This document shows, one piece after another, positions 18,701 to 27,328 of a DNA stretch of 64,000 nucleotides. The stretch is from an uncultured Methanosarcinales archaeon (GTDB taxonomy: Archaea; Nanobdellota; Nanobdellia; Woesearchaeales; JAGWAF01). The stretch spans positions 2,422 through 66,421 of the forward strand of contig CAYHWL010000001.1 of the NCBI GenBank assembly GCA_964359785.1. The letters run 5' to 3'. Position numbers and translations under genes: made by a program. Position 1 is the stretch's first letter; every line of letters begins with the position of its first letter. The notes under the pieces were generated by a model. The model worked only from the letters and a program-made list of their open reading frames with translations, ran no database searches and was not told the DNA's origin.

Positions 18701-21700
18701 GTGACTGTTGAGTGCCATGAAATTATATCCCGAAAATGTGTTTTCCATTTGGTCATAATTAGCGGTTGTATTGGAATATTTGCAGAATGTCTCTATATCC
18801 GTGCTGACTTTTAATGTGGTTGTGAGTGGTGATTGGATTATTGGGTTTGGGTCTGCGACCGCGCTGATTATCACAGGTGTCTGATCTTGCACTATTAGTG
18901 TGAAGTCCTGCCTTATGTCACGATTTTGTGCATCGACGCATCTGACAAGGAAATCAAACCGCCTGTTCCGATTCGATGGAAGAGGCGCGATCTCATTGAA
19001 ATTCGTTATCACATGCTGTGATGATATTGCGTCATTATCCATCTTTCTCCAATTCGCGAAATCAGGATATATGAATCCACCAGGATCGAATAAGAATCTG
19101 CATTTTGTGAGCGTGAGTGTCTCCACTCCAACATCAAAAGTGAAATTTGGCGCGGCTCCATATGGAGGCAGATAAAGCCTTATCGGACTTGCATGTGCGG
19201 TGACCATGAAGTCAGCTCGGCTTGAGATCTGGTTCAAGGCGTCATCTTCAGCTTGTAGAAGCAAAGTGTTTGGCCCATCATCAAGTGTCAGCGATAATCC
19301 GTATAGGTTGCCTTGGGTATTTTGGCGGCTTAGATTAGTTGTGATTTCCACAGGTTCTATCCTGCTGGAGAATTGGTTTATCGTAGTATGTACCAATGTG
19401 ACGTTCTTGAGTGTGACTGGTTCGGAGAATCTTAAGACTAGCATCCCTGCGCTAGTGTCTATATTCGCGCCATTCAAGGTTATCGCGTTTATGGTGGCGT
19501 TCACAGTTGGTGGGGTGAGGTCAACTATCAGTATAGTCTGGTCAGGTTGATCCATGGGTATGTTGGTATTGCCAATGGCTCGCATCCTGAATGTATATGT
19601 GCCCTCAAGCAGGTCTTCTATAGGGGAGAAACTGAAGTTATATTTTGGCACCATCACGGTTTGATCTGCTGCGATCACTCTTGTGGGCGTCCCAAATATT
19701 CTTTCTGTGACAGTTGATTCGACATTCATTCCGATTGTGATAATAGGCCGTCTATCCGATGTTCGGTAGGTGTCATTTGCTATTCTTTTTGCGTGAGAGA
19801 CATTCTTGCCTATAACAAGCGGCCCATAGCATCCCTTGCATGCGCGGAAAGTTAGCTCATTGATTATCTCAAGATTATGTGAAGGATCCTCTCCGAAGAA
19901 TCGAAGTGTGGTGTCTCCATCAAATAATGGTTGTGTCACCAATGAGCCGTCCACAAGTCCGGCCTCGCTAAAGGTCAATCTATCGGCAGTGGTTGTTTTA
20001 GAGGGGATGCATGGCGTGGCTCCAGGGGCATAGGTGCAGTATTTTGTGGGCGCGCTAAGTCCAGATATGATGTTCGCTGAATACAGCGCATTCACGCGGT
20101 CAAGTCTTGTGATTGAGACATAGTCTATTCTGGATGGGTTTGTGGTGCTCATTGGCACCATGCGCGTTTCGGGGGGGAAATAATCCATTTCACAGCTTCG
20201 TAGTTTTGCGTCTCCTGCTCCGTATGGGCAGTCGCGGAAGTCATTGTTTTGTTCTGCGCCATCCGCGTTTTTGGCGCATTTCTTGATGTCGTTCCACTGG
20301 CATACGCCTATATTGCACTGGTCCGTGCTGCGTATGAGTATCCTATTCGTATTTCGGTCTATTGTGATTCCTGGACCTGCGCAGTCTTCCCTTGTCTTGT
20401 AATCCAGACAGGTTGCGTTGATGCATGAGAAGCTGGATCCTGATCCTTGAGAATTGTAGAAGCAGGGGAATTGCGAGGTTGACAATGCGTCGCTTTTCGC
20501 TTTTGTGCAGGCATCAAAGATTTCATTGTAGGATCTATGAGGAGGTCGGTTATTGTCCGCTCCAAGCGTGCCCTTGGCATCGCAATAATAGCAATTGGTT
20601 TGGCTCGTGTCTATGCATACCCCTATTCCGATGGCTGGGAAGATGTCTTTCCATTGACAGTTTTTCACTCTGCAATTATCTTTTTCACATGCGTTTCTTG
20701 TCTTATAATCATAGCAAGCATTGGTAGGTTCGCATTGGAAGCAGTAATCGATCAAAGAAGCGCTTCTATCATAGAAGCAGTATCGGTAGTCCTTTGAATT
20801 TCCTTCGCATATATCGCTGGTGATGGATAACCCAAAATGAGGCGTGACATTGTGGCAAGTATCAAATGGCACACAGGCCGGCCCGGCAGATTGTATCGCG
20901 CAATAGCTGTTGGTTTGGCTGCAATCAAGATTGCTGACTAATTGATTCAATGGATTACAGCTATACGCTTTTTTGAATCGTCCAAAAAAAGAGTCTACTA
21001 CCCTCTGTTGGAAGTTCGAGGAGAATGCTGATTTGTCGACATTCGAGTATCCGTATGAAGTGAGATAAGTGGAGAACTGTTGATAGAACACTGGGCCATT
21101 GATGCAGAAGAGGGCATCGGTGGTTTTTCCTTGGCATTCGAGATCCCCCAGGTATGAGCTTGCGAATGTGGGATTTGATTCCTTGCCACCTTTGAATAGC
21201 ACTTTGACTTGGTAAGTGAAAGATTTGTTCCATATGAGGTCAGGACGGTTATCCAGAAATCCCGTCTCGTTTGCCGCGAGTATTGTGCTTGTCGTGAACA
21301 TTGTGGTGGCGCAATTGTCTCCCTGGCATCTGCTGACATTGAATCCGTTTATTTGTTCTGTGCAGTTTGATTTCCAGACTATCTGGAGGGATCGTTCTCC
21401 TCTGATAGGATGTATCCCCAAGTCGTATACTGGGGGCGTATAATCAGGATTTCCGCATTGATATGAGATGTTCACGAATGTGATGTTGACTTTAGTCTGG
21501 TTGCACACCACATAACAGATGTCCTTTAAGTCTATGGCTTGAGTTATTCCGAATATAGATGGGCTTGTTGGAGTGAAATTCTTTGAGGTATCGCATTCGC
21601 TCACTTGCAACATCGTCCCCTTTTGTGCTGTGCCATTCGAGTTACAGCAGCATACATTTGAACCGCTTTGAGGGCTCGCGCTTGGCAAGGTCACAATATA

Positions 21701-21757
21701 TAGTATAGCGCACGCTACAAAGAGCAACATGAATCCTCTTTTTTGGCGTTTTTCCAT
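15788..21757 (-). CDS. giant (1989 aa) Cys-rich surface protein with four thrombospondin-type-3 Ca-binding super-repeats, a C-terminal TM anchor and a Lys/Glu-rich cytoplasmic tail
   Basis: Sec-type signal peptide (MEKRQKRGFMLLFVACAILYIVTLPSA) and many N-x-S/T sequons. Three Cys modules of the form TDGxETxxDCGGxCxxC are present. There are four repeats of about 84 aa of the form DSDGDGMPDWWExKYGLNPN…DTDGDG. A TM segment (ILTASIIIIGGFIFYYLW) is followed by a KE-rich tail. Confidence 0.8.
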   Translation of the reverse strand: MEKRQKRGFMLLFVACAILYIVTLPSASPQSGSNVCCCNSNGTAQKGTMLQVSECDTSKNFTPTSPSIFGITQAIDLKDICYVVCNQTKVNITFVNISYQCGNPDYTPPVYDLGIHPIRGERSLQIVWKSNCTEQINGFNVSRCQGDNCATTMFTTSTILAANETGFLDNRPDLIWNKSFTYQVKVLFKGGKESNPTFASSYLGDLECQGKTTDALFCINGPVFYQQFSTYLTSYGYSNVDKSAFSSNFQQRVVDSFFGRFKKAYSCNPLNQLVSNLDCSQTNSYCAIQSAGPACVPFDTCHNVTPHFGLSITSDICEGNSKDYRYCFYDRSASLIDYCFQCEPTNACYDYKTRNACEKDNCRVKNCQWKDIFPAIGIGVCIDTSQTNCYYCDAKGTLGADNNRPPHRSYNEIFDACTKAKSDALSTSQFPCFYNSQGSGSSFSCINATCLDYKTREDCAGPGITIDRNTNRILIRSTDQCNIGVCQWNDIKKCAKNADGAEQNNDFRDCPYGAGDAKLRSCEMDYFPPETRMVPMSTTNPSRIDYVSITRLDRVNALYSANIISGLSAPTKYCTYAPGATPCIPSKTTTADRLTFSEAGLVDGSLVTQPLFDGDTTLRFFGEDPSHNLEIINELTFRACKGCYGPLVIGKNVSHAKRIANDTYRTSDRRPIITIGMNVESTVTERIFGTPTRVIAADQTVMVPKYNFSFSPIEDLLEGTYTFRMRAIGNTNIPMDQPDQTILIVDLTPPTVNATINAITLNGANIDTSAGMLVLRFSEPVTLKNVTLVHTTINQFSSRIEPVEITTNLSRQNTQGNLYGLSLTLDDGPNTLLLQAEDDALNQISSRADFMVTAHASPIRLYLPPYGAAPNFTFDVGVETLTLTKCRFLFDPGGFIYPDFANWRKMDNDAISSQHVITNFNEIAPLPSNRNRRFDFLVRCVDAQNRDIRQDFTLIVQDQTPVIISAVADPNPIIQSPLTTTLKVSTDIETFCKYSNTTANYDQMENTFSGYNFMALNSHITDLTVGNVGSYTYRVACKSASGLGSVGATILFRVDPGRQFILTDYTPSGKIFGIPTALFSIGSNKDATCSFAIDTVVRLTESAGSQVHNLTTNFDVNSGGRHNTRTNCRTLGNTVISGVPETGEVNTDFWIDLRDPTMLIVNDSTQFEDSQVSADFDRLPLWYNGSDPDTGIVRYTYTLRAQNGSAIRGPVSENNPEHANVVTGLTLRNTESYYFEMQAVDRAGRNSSIMRSTGVRIDNASRPLTCSNNRTDGRETATDCGGNCLGCKDGLRCSVNWDCLNSSCLGGICRTVSCTDGARNGDETAIDCGGSCSACPVVTVLPNGTIVVTYNNTIVLSNGTIVVISNDTSRPNRTCRTLDECRNISSCIYDSDCNGGRCTYGICQATPRCENNATDGTETDTDCGGACPTKCGDGLQCKTTSDCGSGLACMITIADTHTCQDSGKDSDADGMPDWWEIKYGLNPNSASDASMDSDGDGMTNLEEYNYFKDNNRDINPKKADTDGDGAPDGLEVKANTNPIDPNSRPSDVDSDGDGMPDDWERAHGLNPNDPLDANLDNDNDGLSNFAEYRYLKTVGKEIDPNKADTDGDGFNDKAEIDAGTDPTDSKSYPRDDKDTDMDGMPDWWEKKYNLDPNDPNDATGDPDGDGLTNLEEYNHFNQNGQDMDPHKNDTDGDSYLDGEEVLAGSNPADPNSIPPDSDGDGVPDWWESKYGFDPKNSADAMEDSDGDGATNLDEYNYYHRTGSFVDPTNSDTDGDGYHDGAEIIGGSNPTDATSTPAFDWAKWILTASIIIIGGFIFYYLWTKNASNVVNKEKKKEQMPKLDLSSGMTTPPETGRMAKNLPESSVTTRTAGAGKEEYIAVGKLGKKEAAPDTSAFGKLRSFSGISKGEESTLSPEMQALENMALMRFTDSEREELKKKLDLARKGKLSKKDLEELFKKLRITAAYWEKNKDLIQKQFETWKKPAVKRRK
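16200..17370 (-). repeat. four tandem coding super-repeats of about 250 nt (TSP3-like DxDxDG modules) inside the giant gene
   Basis: Recurring DNA motifs such as ccaatcaggcatgccatc (encoding DGMPDWW) appear at about 16590, 16830, 17080 and 17330 on the plus strand, a period of about 250 nt. Confidence 0.6.
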
Positions 21758-21761
21758 GGAT

Positions 21762-23156
21762 TTAACCTAATTTCTTGACGATTGCTGGGAATATAAGCGT
21801 TTGGCTGTCCGCCAATTCATCGTCGGTGACATTGACGCTAAAGACAAATCTCATAGATGGTTCCCTCGCCACAAACTCCACCATCAAGAAGGGGATGGGT
21901 TTTTCAGGGTTTGCAGGGTCCCTTGGTTCTGGGGCGACGCTTGGTTCAGGCAGCTCCATGGTGTACTCGAATCGCAATGGATTATCATCAGGATCTATCG
22001 CGTTTAAGGTGATGCATAATTGTTGGGGAGAGCATAATGGAGCATTCTTGATGCAAAACACTTGATTGACGATCCCGATTGTAGGCTCTATCTTGTTCCC
22101 CTCCTTATCTTCTGTTGCACAGACCACGAAATTATTGACTGCGTCACGGCGTGCGGAATCATTTAGGAGGAACAGCGCAGGCCTCCTGTTTTTTATCGCG
22201 AATCGGAATTCAAATGGACGCTCCAATATGTTGCTATATGGGTCTCTGACGATGTAGAGATAATCCAATCGGTTCACATTTGGCTTTCTGTCATAGGTCA
22301 GGTTTTCTACTTTGATCTCGCTGATATTTATCGAGAGATTGCTCACGTCTTGATCTAACAACTGGCTGGTGAATTCTATTATTTGCCCAAGCCTGACTGG
22401 ATAGTCTACCTCAAAATTTTCCAGTTTTGACTCGGCTTGTGTGACTGTATTGGATAGGTTGATTGGCCAATTGAGTTGGACCGTTACGTCGGCTAGATTG
22501 ACTGTGACTGTTGTGTTTGGGCCTGATTTGCGTATTCTTATATTGCCCTTGGATAGGTCCTGCCAGCGTACGCAAGTCTGCATCTTGTTTGTGATATATA
22601 CTTCCAACTGCTCCTGGATGCTTCTGGAGAATGTCTTGGTGAGATGGGTGAGTCTATTGTATCCTGCGAATGCCAATGTGTTGTATCCCGGGCTGCATGG
22701 TTGTGTTATGCATTGGGTCTCCGGAAAGCCCGCCCAGGGATATTCCGGAGGGCTGGATTTATAGAATCCAAATAGATCCCCCATAGGTCCTACGACTGCA
22801 TATGGCACGTCCTTGTCTTCATAGCGCAGGTATTCTTGCCCAAAACATGGAGGATAATCAGATACTCCAAAGCACACCTGATTAAATGATTTGGTGGGGC
22901 CGCCCTGTGTGTCGTATATCACCCCTCCTTGGTCCCCTAGTAATGCCAGTCCCTTGCGCGCCGCAAGATCCAGGCAATATTTCACTTCCTGTTTGATAGG
23001 AAGGATCTCTTCCGCTCCAAGCTGCGTCTTTGCTATGGTTTGGCTTGTGGTTTGCGCGATGAAGTTATTATAGATATAATAGAATGAGCTAAACAGAAAG
23101 ATCAGTACTATGCATATGATTAGGAATACTGTGACTTGTCCGGTCTTCTTTCGCAT
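21762..23156 (-). CDS. hypothetical secreted protein with a class III-like signal (MRKKTGQVTVFLIICIVLIFLF); start at internal ATG
   Basis: The internal Met (residue 36 of the tracked ORF) gives a KKTG|Q plus hydrophobic-helix N-terminus. The stop lies 4 nt upstream of the giant gene's start. Confidence 0.55.
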   Translation of the reverse strand: MRKKTGQVTVFLIICIVLIFLFSSFYYIYNNFIAQTTSQTIAKTQLGAEEILPIKQEVKYCLDLAARKGLALLGDQGGVIYDTQGGPTKSFNQVCFGVSDYPPCFGQEYLRYEDKDVPYAVVGPMGDLFGFYKSSPPEYPWAGFPETQCITQPCSPGYNTLAFAGYNRLTHLTKTFSRSIQEQLEVYITNKMQTCVRWQDLSKGNIRIRKSGPNTTVTVNLADVTVQLNWPINLSNTVTQAESKLENFEVDYPVRLGQIIEFTSQLLDQDVSNLSINISEIKVENLTYDRKPNVNRLDYLYIVRDPYSNILERPFEFRFAIKNRRPALFLLNDSARRDAVNNFVVCATEDKEGNKIEPTIGIVNQVFCIKNAPLCSPQQLCITLNAIDPDDNPLRFEYTMELPEPSVAPEPRDPANPEKPIPFLMVEFVAREPSMRFVFSVNVTDDELADSQTLIFPAIVKKLG

Positions 23157-23273
23157 TTTGTCCTCTATTTTCCCGAGCCCTTCCTGACGGCAAACATTTC
23201 GGCAAGGGTGATTCCCTCGTATGTCACTATATATAGTTTTGGATAGGCAAGATTGCATCAAAGAATAAGTGTC

Positions 23274-24083
23274 TTACTCGGTTCGGTTCATCTGTCCTAT
23301 CGCTGATTTACATATGCGTCTTGCTTCGTCATTTGGGATCATGTCACAGTAATTCACGTCTGTGAGATTTATCGCTAATTGTTGCGATGATTGCAGCTTG
23401 CATTCTTCTACCATGAATTCATATGGCAGTGACTGGCATGTCAAGGAATTCTTCGTGATTATAGCTGTTTGGATGGCTGATTTCACTTTCTCTCTCAATT
23501 GTTCCTGCGCTCCCGGATCCACTCTTGCAAGTATATCCAGCACGCAACGCGATTGCAGTGCAGGATCGTTCTTTGGACAGGCCGTTGGATCGACGTTCAT
23601 TCTTGCTTTGATCAATTGCATGAATGTCTCGCAATTTTGTCTGTTGTCTCCAAGGTTCGCACACAATGATGGATTGTCTGTCAAGGCGCCAAGCCCTATG
23701 GTGGCTTTCAATTTGGTGGATTCTTCATTCACGGCCTTAGCCAAGGCCTCTTTGAGTTTTGTCATGCATTCTTCTCTGGCATTTTTCTCGTCCATTCCAA
23801 GGCATTGGAATGGATCAAGGGCAATTATCGCTTGTTCTGTGATTATTTGCGCAAGGGAAGGGGCGGCTTGTCTTTGATATAGATAATATGTGGATCCAGC
23901 CAGCACAAGACATACCAATAAGAGCGCGTAAGCCGCGATCCTGTATCCTCTGACGTGGTCTGCGAGGAGGCCTACGATATCCGAGTACCCTTCATTGTGG
24001 AGTTCTCTTATGATCTCATCGCTAGAAAGTTTCTGTTTTCTTTTCGTGGAGATGAATTTCTCGATTGGAACTTGTTTGACCAT
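23274..24083 (-). CDS. single-pass membrane protein (about 50-aa cytoplasmic N-terminus, TM helix, Cys-rich extracellular domain)
   Basis: TM segment YALLLVCLVLAGSTYYLY. The C-terminal region has about 10 Cys residues. Confidence 0.55.
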   Translation of the reverse strand: MVKQVPIEKFISTKRKQKLSSDEIIRELHNEGYSDIVGLLADHVRGYRIAAYALLLVCLVLAGSTYYLYQRQAAPSLAQIITEQAIIALDPFQCLGMDEKNAREECMTKLKEALAKAVNEESTKLKATIGLGALTDNPSLCANLGDNRQNCETFMQLIKARMNVDPTACPKNDPALQSRCVLDILARVDPGAQEQLREKVKSAIQTAIITKNSLTCQSLPYEFMVEECKLQSSQQLAINLTDVNYCDMIPNDEARRICKSAIGQMNRTE

Positions 24084-24137
24084 AGGATTGGGATGTATAT
24101 CGGCTTATTATATGTTTTGTGCATTACAGTGAGGTGT

Positions 24138-26225
24138 CTACCTTAGTTTCGCGCTAAAGTCTCTCCATACATCCTTGAGATTGCCCCATGAGCTGGTTGT
24201 GAATGCTGCGAATTTCAGGGTATTCCCGCTTTGTGTGCAGTCCCTTGGCAGGTCGGTCCTTAGGTTGTTGTTTAGAAGATCGCACCCGGTCATCCCAGTT
24301 GGGTCGGTGATATTGATATTGACATATCGCGCCGCAGTGTAATCTACTTTGCTTCCATTGAGGTATCTTTGTCTTTGGATGAAGCTAAAGAGGTCTTTTG
24401 GAGTCTTTCGGTTATAATATATCGCGTCAAATACTGTGGTGCTGGACAACGTGCTTTGCATATCCGCAAGAGTGGGTTTTCCAGCATAATTGACAAGATC
24501 CGCGAATCGGGTGGCGAGTGCTGGCCATCTTCTGGTTTCCACCTCATTTGGCCCAATTGAGCTTATCGCGCCATAAGGCGTGTAGATCAAAGTGTTAAGT
24601 CCCGGATTATAGGATATCCCGTTTCCGCATGGATGGAACAGACTGTCGCCTATGGCAAGCGCGTTATCACATGAATGTATACTCTTCCCAAGTGCGGGCA
24701 GGAAGCTTTGCATGCTGTCATTCACTGCCACATTCAGGCTGGTGCCAAAAGCCGCTCCCTTGGTGCTTGTGAGTACACAGAACTGGTTCACACAAGAAGT
24801 CTTTGTCCCTCTGATGACGCAAGGTTTCTCTAAGTAGCTCCTTACAGGCCCTGCGTTTGGAAGCGCTTCATAGTCGATGAAATTGAGGGTCTCGTTGAAA
24901 TAATCGCAGAATATGGAGTAATTGTTCACCGAGTTTATCTCTGCGTAATCCACTAGGTACATGGCAAGAAGTTTGGTCCTGCTTGACCAGTTTCCGGATG
25001 CGCAATAATACTGTTGGATTGAGGTCTTGTCATTTATGCAGGCTGGTTGTTTGGTTGTGTAAAAAGAGTCCGGATCATCCGCTAAGGATATGTTGCCTGC
25101 GGGATTGACAAGACACTGTGTCATATTGGGGCAGTATCCCTTATTTTGGTCATTCCAAGTGTACTTTACAGGCTGGTACACCCAGTCTCCAGCTATACAT
25201 CGATAGCCTCCGCTTGTGGTCGGTCTTGTTTCAAAGGTTTGGTCGGCTATGCAGGAGATGCCATTCCAGCAGCCTGTCTCTGGGCAGCATTCGACATTGT
25301 TTGCTGAATTGTTGAGTGGGTATAGAAGTTGGTTTCTCACTTCTGGGATCACATATTTTGGTTTGAGTTTGTTTTGTTTTGTTGTGAGTGTCCATGTCCC
25401 GTTGAATGAGCAATAGTAATTGACATTGACTGCGCGCGTGGCATTGTACGCCAAAGTGCAACGGTTTGTATCGTTGATGAGGGGTTTGCCATTATGTGAA
25501 TCCTTCATGGTCAATAGATTTGGATTTGTCTCGTTTAGTTGGCATCCGAAGAATTGGCCAAGTATGGTGAGCACGCTTCCGTTTGTGTTGTTCACGGTAT
25601 ATCCATTCGCCGCGAATCTGCTTTTGAAACATGCTCCGCTTTCATCGTCTTTATAGTCAGGTGGATTTGGGTCTTGGTATGATTCATTTGGCCAATCGTA
25701 TTTCTCGCCGCAACATTTCTTGCCTGTCCATCGTAGATTTGCGAGTTTGCAGGTTAACGGATCTTTGTTGTCAAGGTCCTGTGCCCATTCAGCGTCTTTT
25801 GCGCAGTAGAAAGTAGGGCTTGACGGATTTTCGCTGATGCTGATGGTGATTGGGCTTGCTGCTGATATTGAGCCAGGCGGTCCAGTATTGATATACATCT
25901 CTATGGCTTTTATTGCCACAAAACCAGTCCTCCCGATTTTTTGGCTATCCAATTCACAGCTCATAGTTGAGGCATCAGAATCATAATCCAAGATGATAGT
26001 ATGGTCCGAATTAGGCGCCCATGAGGAGACATCAAATACAGTTTCTACCCTGCCTGCCCCTTTGACATTCTTGCAGATGATTTTCGTGTCAACCTTTTCG
26101 ATCGATAGGTAGGCATCAGGCGCTTCCTTGGCATGGAAGAGCACCCTATTGAGGTTCTCCTTGCCTTCCCATGTGTTATGGATTGAGAGCACGATGTGTC
26201 CTCTTGTTGAATTGTAATTTGCCAA
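24138..26225 (-). CDS. C-terminal 695-aa part of a secreted Cys/N-glycosylation-sequon-rich protein (in frame with the 26343..27056 ORF; separated by a single TGA)
   Basis: The tracked ORF starts at a TTG codon and has no signal peptide of its own. It carries many NxS/T sequons and Cys residues typical of an extracellular protein. It is in the same frame as the upstream ORF. Confidence 0.55.
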   Translation of the reverse strand: MANYNSTRGHIVLSIHNTWEGKENLNRVLFHAKEAPDAYLSIEKVDTKIICKNVKGAGRVETVFDVSSWAPNSDHTIILDYDSDASTMSCELDSQKIGRTGFVAIKAIEMYINTGPPGSISAASPITISISENPSSPTFYCAKDAEWAQDLDNKDPLTCKLANLRWTGKKCCGEKYDWPNESYQDPNPPDYKDDESGACFKSRFAANGYTVNNTNGSVLTILGQFFGCQLNETNPNLLTMKDSHNGKPLINDTNRCTLAYNATRAVNVNYYCSFNGTWTLTTKQNKLKPKYVIPEVRNQLLYPLNNSANNVECCPETGCWNGISCIADQTFETRPTTSGGYRCIAGDWVYQPVKYTWNDQNKGYCPNMTQCLVNPAGNISLADDPDSFYTTKQPACINDKTSIQQYYCASGNWSSRTKLLAMYLVDYAEINSVNNYSIFCDYFNETLNFIDYEALPNAGPVRSYLEKPCVIRGTKTSCVNQFCVLTSTKGAAFGTSLNVAVNDSMQSFLPALGKSIHSCDNALAIGDSLFHPCGNGISYNPGLNTLIYTPYGAISSIGPNEVETRRWPALATRFADLVNYAGKPTLADMQSTLSSTTVFDAIYYNRKTPKDLFSFIQRQRYLNGSKVDYTAARYVNINITDPTGMTGCDLLNNNLRTDLPRDCTQSGNTLKFAAFTTSSWGNLKDVWRDFSAKLR

Positions 26226-26342
26226 GGTTCCAGTACGTACCGATTCGGTGGCAAGAAGGCTTGCCGCATAGAGTTCTCCGGCGGTATGGCTTTCTCCGAT
26301 CTGTGCGACCCTTCCATCTTGGGTGTCATATGCTGGATCGTC

Positions 26343-27056
26343 TCAGGAGCATTCCAGGATGTTCCTATAGCTGTCATTGTTGCTGGGGGTGTCTTCCGCG
26401 CAAAGATATGAATGGGAGGGTTTGTCGCCCACCCCTGTCTTGGTCATGTTCATCAAAGTGAACGTCTTATATGTATTCACGCTGCCTAACCCTATGCCGC
26501 ACAGATAAAAATCATTTCCATCGCTAAGGATTTGCGCTTGGGCGCATTGGAGATTGAATATGTCTGCTTTGTTCGAGATTAATTTTGCCCATTTCCAGGT
26601 TTCGGGGCCTATCGAGGGATTCACGCATGCTTCGCTGCCTATGCGCATCCCGCAGTTGTCCGTCGGATGAGCGCCGCAGCATTTGGAATTAGCAGTGGAC
26701 CAGTTCACGGTCTTGTTCGCGAAGCATACGGGAAGTGTGAGGTAATTGTTTCCTCTGCAATATGTGGAGGTATCCCACGAGACGGCATGCGTGTTTAGTT
26801 CCGCGTAATTCGCCTGATCATTTCCGCCGACGGTGAATTTGAGTTTGTACTGTCCCTCTTGAGAGCATACTTTGGCCACATCTTGTATCGGAAGCTTACA
26901 TTCTCCATTTCCTTCGCATGTGTTTGTCTCCATCGCCACAGAGGCATCCGGTGCTAGAAGCTGCAGTTTGCTTGATTGCGCGGACACAGCTATCGAGAAG
27001 ATTATACAGACAGCTAAATAGAACACGATAACCAGGTTTCTCCTGTCGATATGCAT
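26343..27056 (-). CDS. N-terminal 237-aa part (with signal peptide) of the same secreted protein; ends at an in-frame TGA
   Basis: N-terminus MHIDRRNLVIVFYLAVCIIFSIAVSAQS (signal peptide). A TATA box (ctttatatata) lies about 25 nt upstream of the ATG at 27054..27056. The stop TGA at 26343..26345 is followed in frame by DDPAYDTQDG…. Confidence 0.6.
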   Translation of the reverse strand: MHIDRRNLVIVFYLAVCIIFSIAVSAQSSKLQLLAPDASVAMETNTCEGNGECKLPIQDVAKVCSQEGQYKLKFTVGGNDQANYAELNTHAVSWDTSTYCRGNNYLTLPVCFANKTVNWSTANSKCCGAHPTDNCGMRIGSEACVNPSIGPETWKWAKLISNKADIFNLQCAQAQILSDGNDFYLCGIGLGSVNTYKTFTLMNMTKTGVGDKPSHSYLCAEDTPSNNDSYRNILECS

Positions 27057-27119
27057 GCTATAAAACCCGTTCTCCGTATATATAAAGGTAATCGCTCGCC
27101 AGTTCGATTATCTTGTTCG

Positions 27120-27281
27120 TTGTCAAAAGTTCGCACCCACCACCGTGATCGCACTCCGGCGCTCAACACAGGTGGCATGCTCGGTCTGAGGACCTCGGGG
27201 TGCTCACGACGCGAACTTTTGACTACCGAATGGAACCGGTTGCGAACCACCGGTGAGCACACCGGTGGAATGACTGTATTC
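27120..27281 (+). repeat. copy 1 of a structured repeat element of about 160 nt (candidate small RNA or promoter-associated element)
   Basis: About 90% identical to 47361..47516. It contains a 13-bp long-range inverted repeat (gtcaaaagttcgc … gcgaacttttgac) and a perfect 9-bp hairpin (ccaccggtg agca caccggtgg). It ends about 15 nt upstream of a TATA box. Confidence 0.7.
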
Positions 27282-27328
27282 GATTGTCTTCGCAATCCTT
27301 ATATCCACAAGATGATTTCGTGGAAAGT

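Noticed and set aside
15849-19550. Many plus-strand ORFs (for example 15849..16304, 16881..17243, 17610..18059, 19200..19550) lying inside the giant minus-strand gene
   Set aside because: They are antisense shadow ORFs within a long, well-supported coding region. Several are low-complexity (Ser/Pro/Leu-rich), reflecting the reverse complement of Asp/Gly-rich repeats.
26045-26377. 110-aa minus-strand ORF bridging the TGA-split junction in another frame
   Set aside because: It is out of frame with both flanking coding regions, which share one continuous frame, and is a likely overlap artefact.
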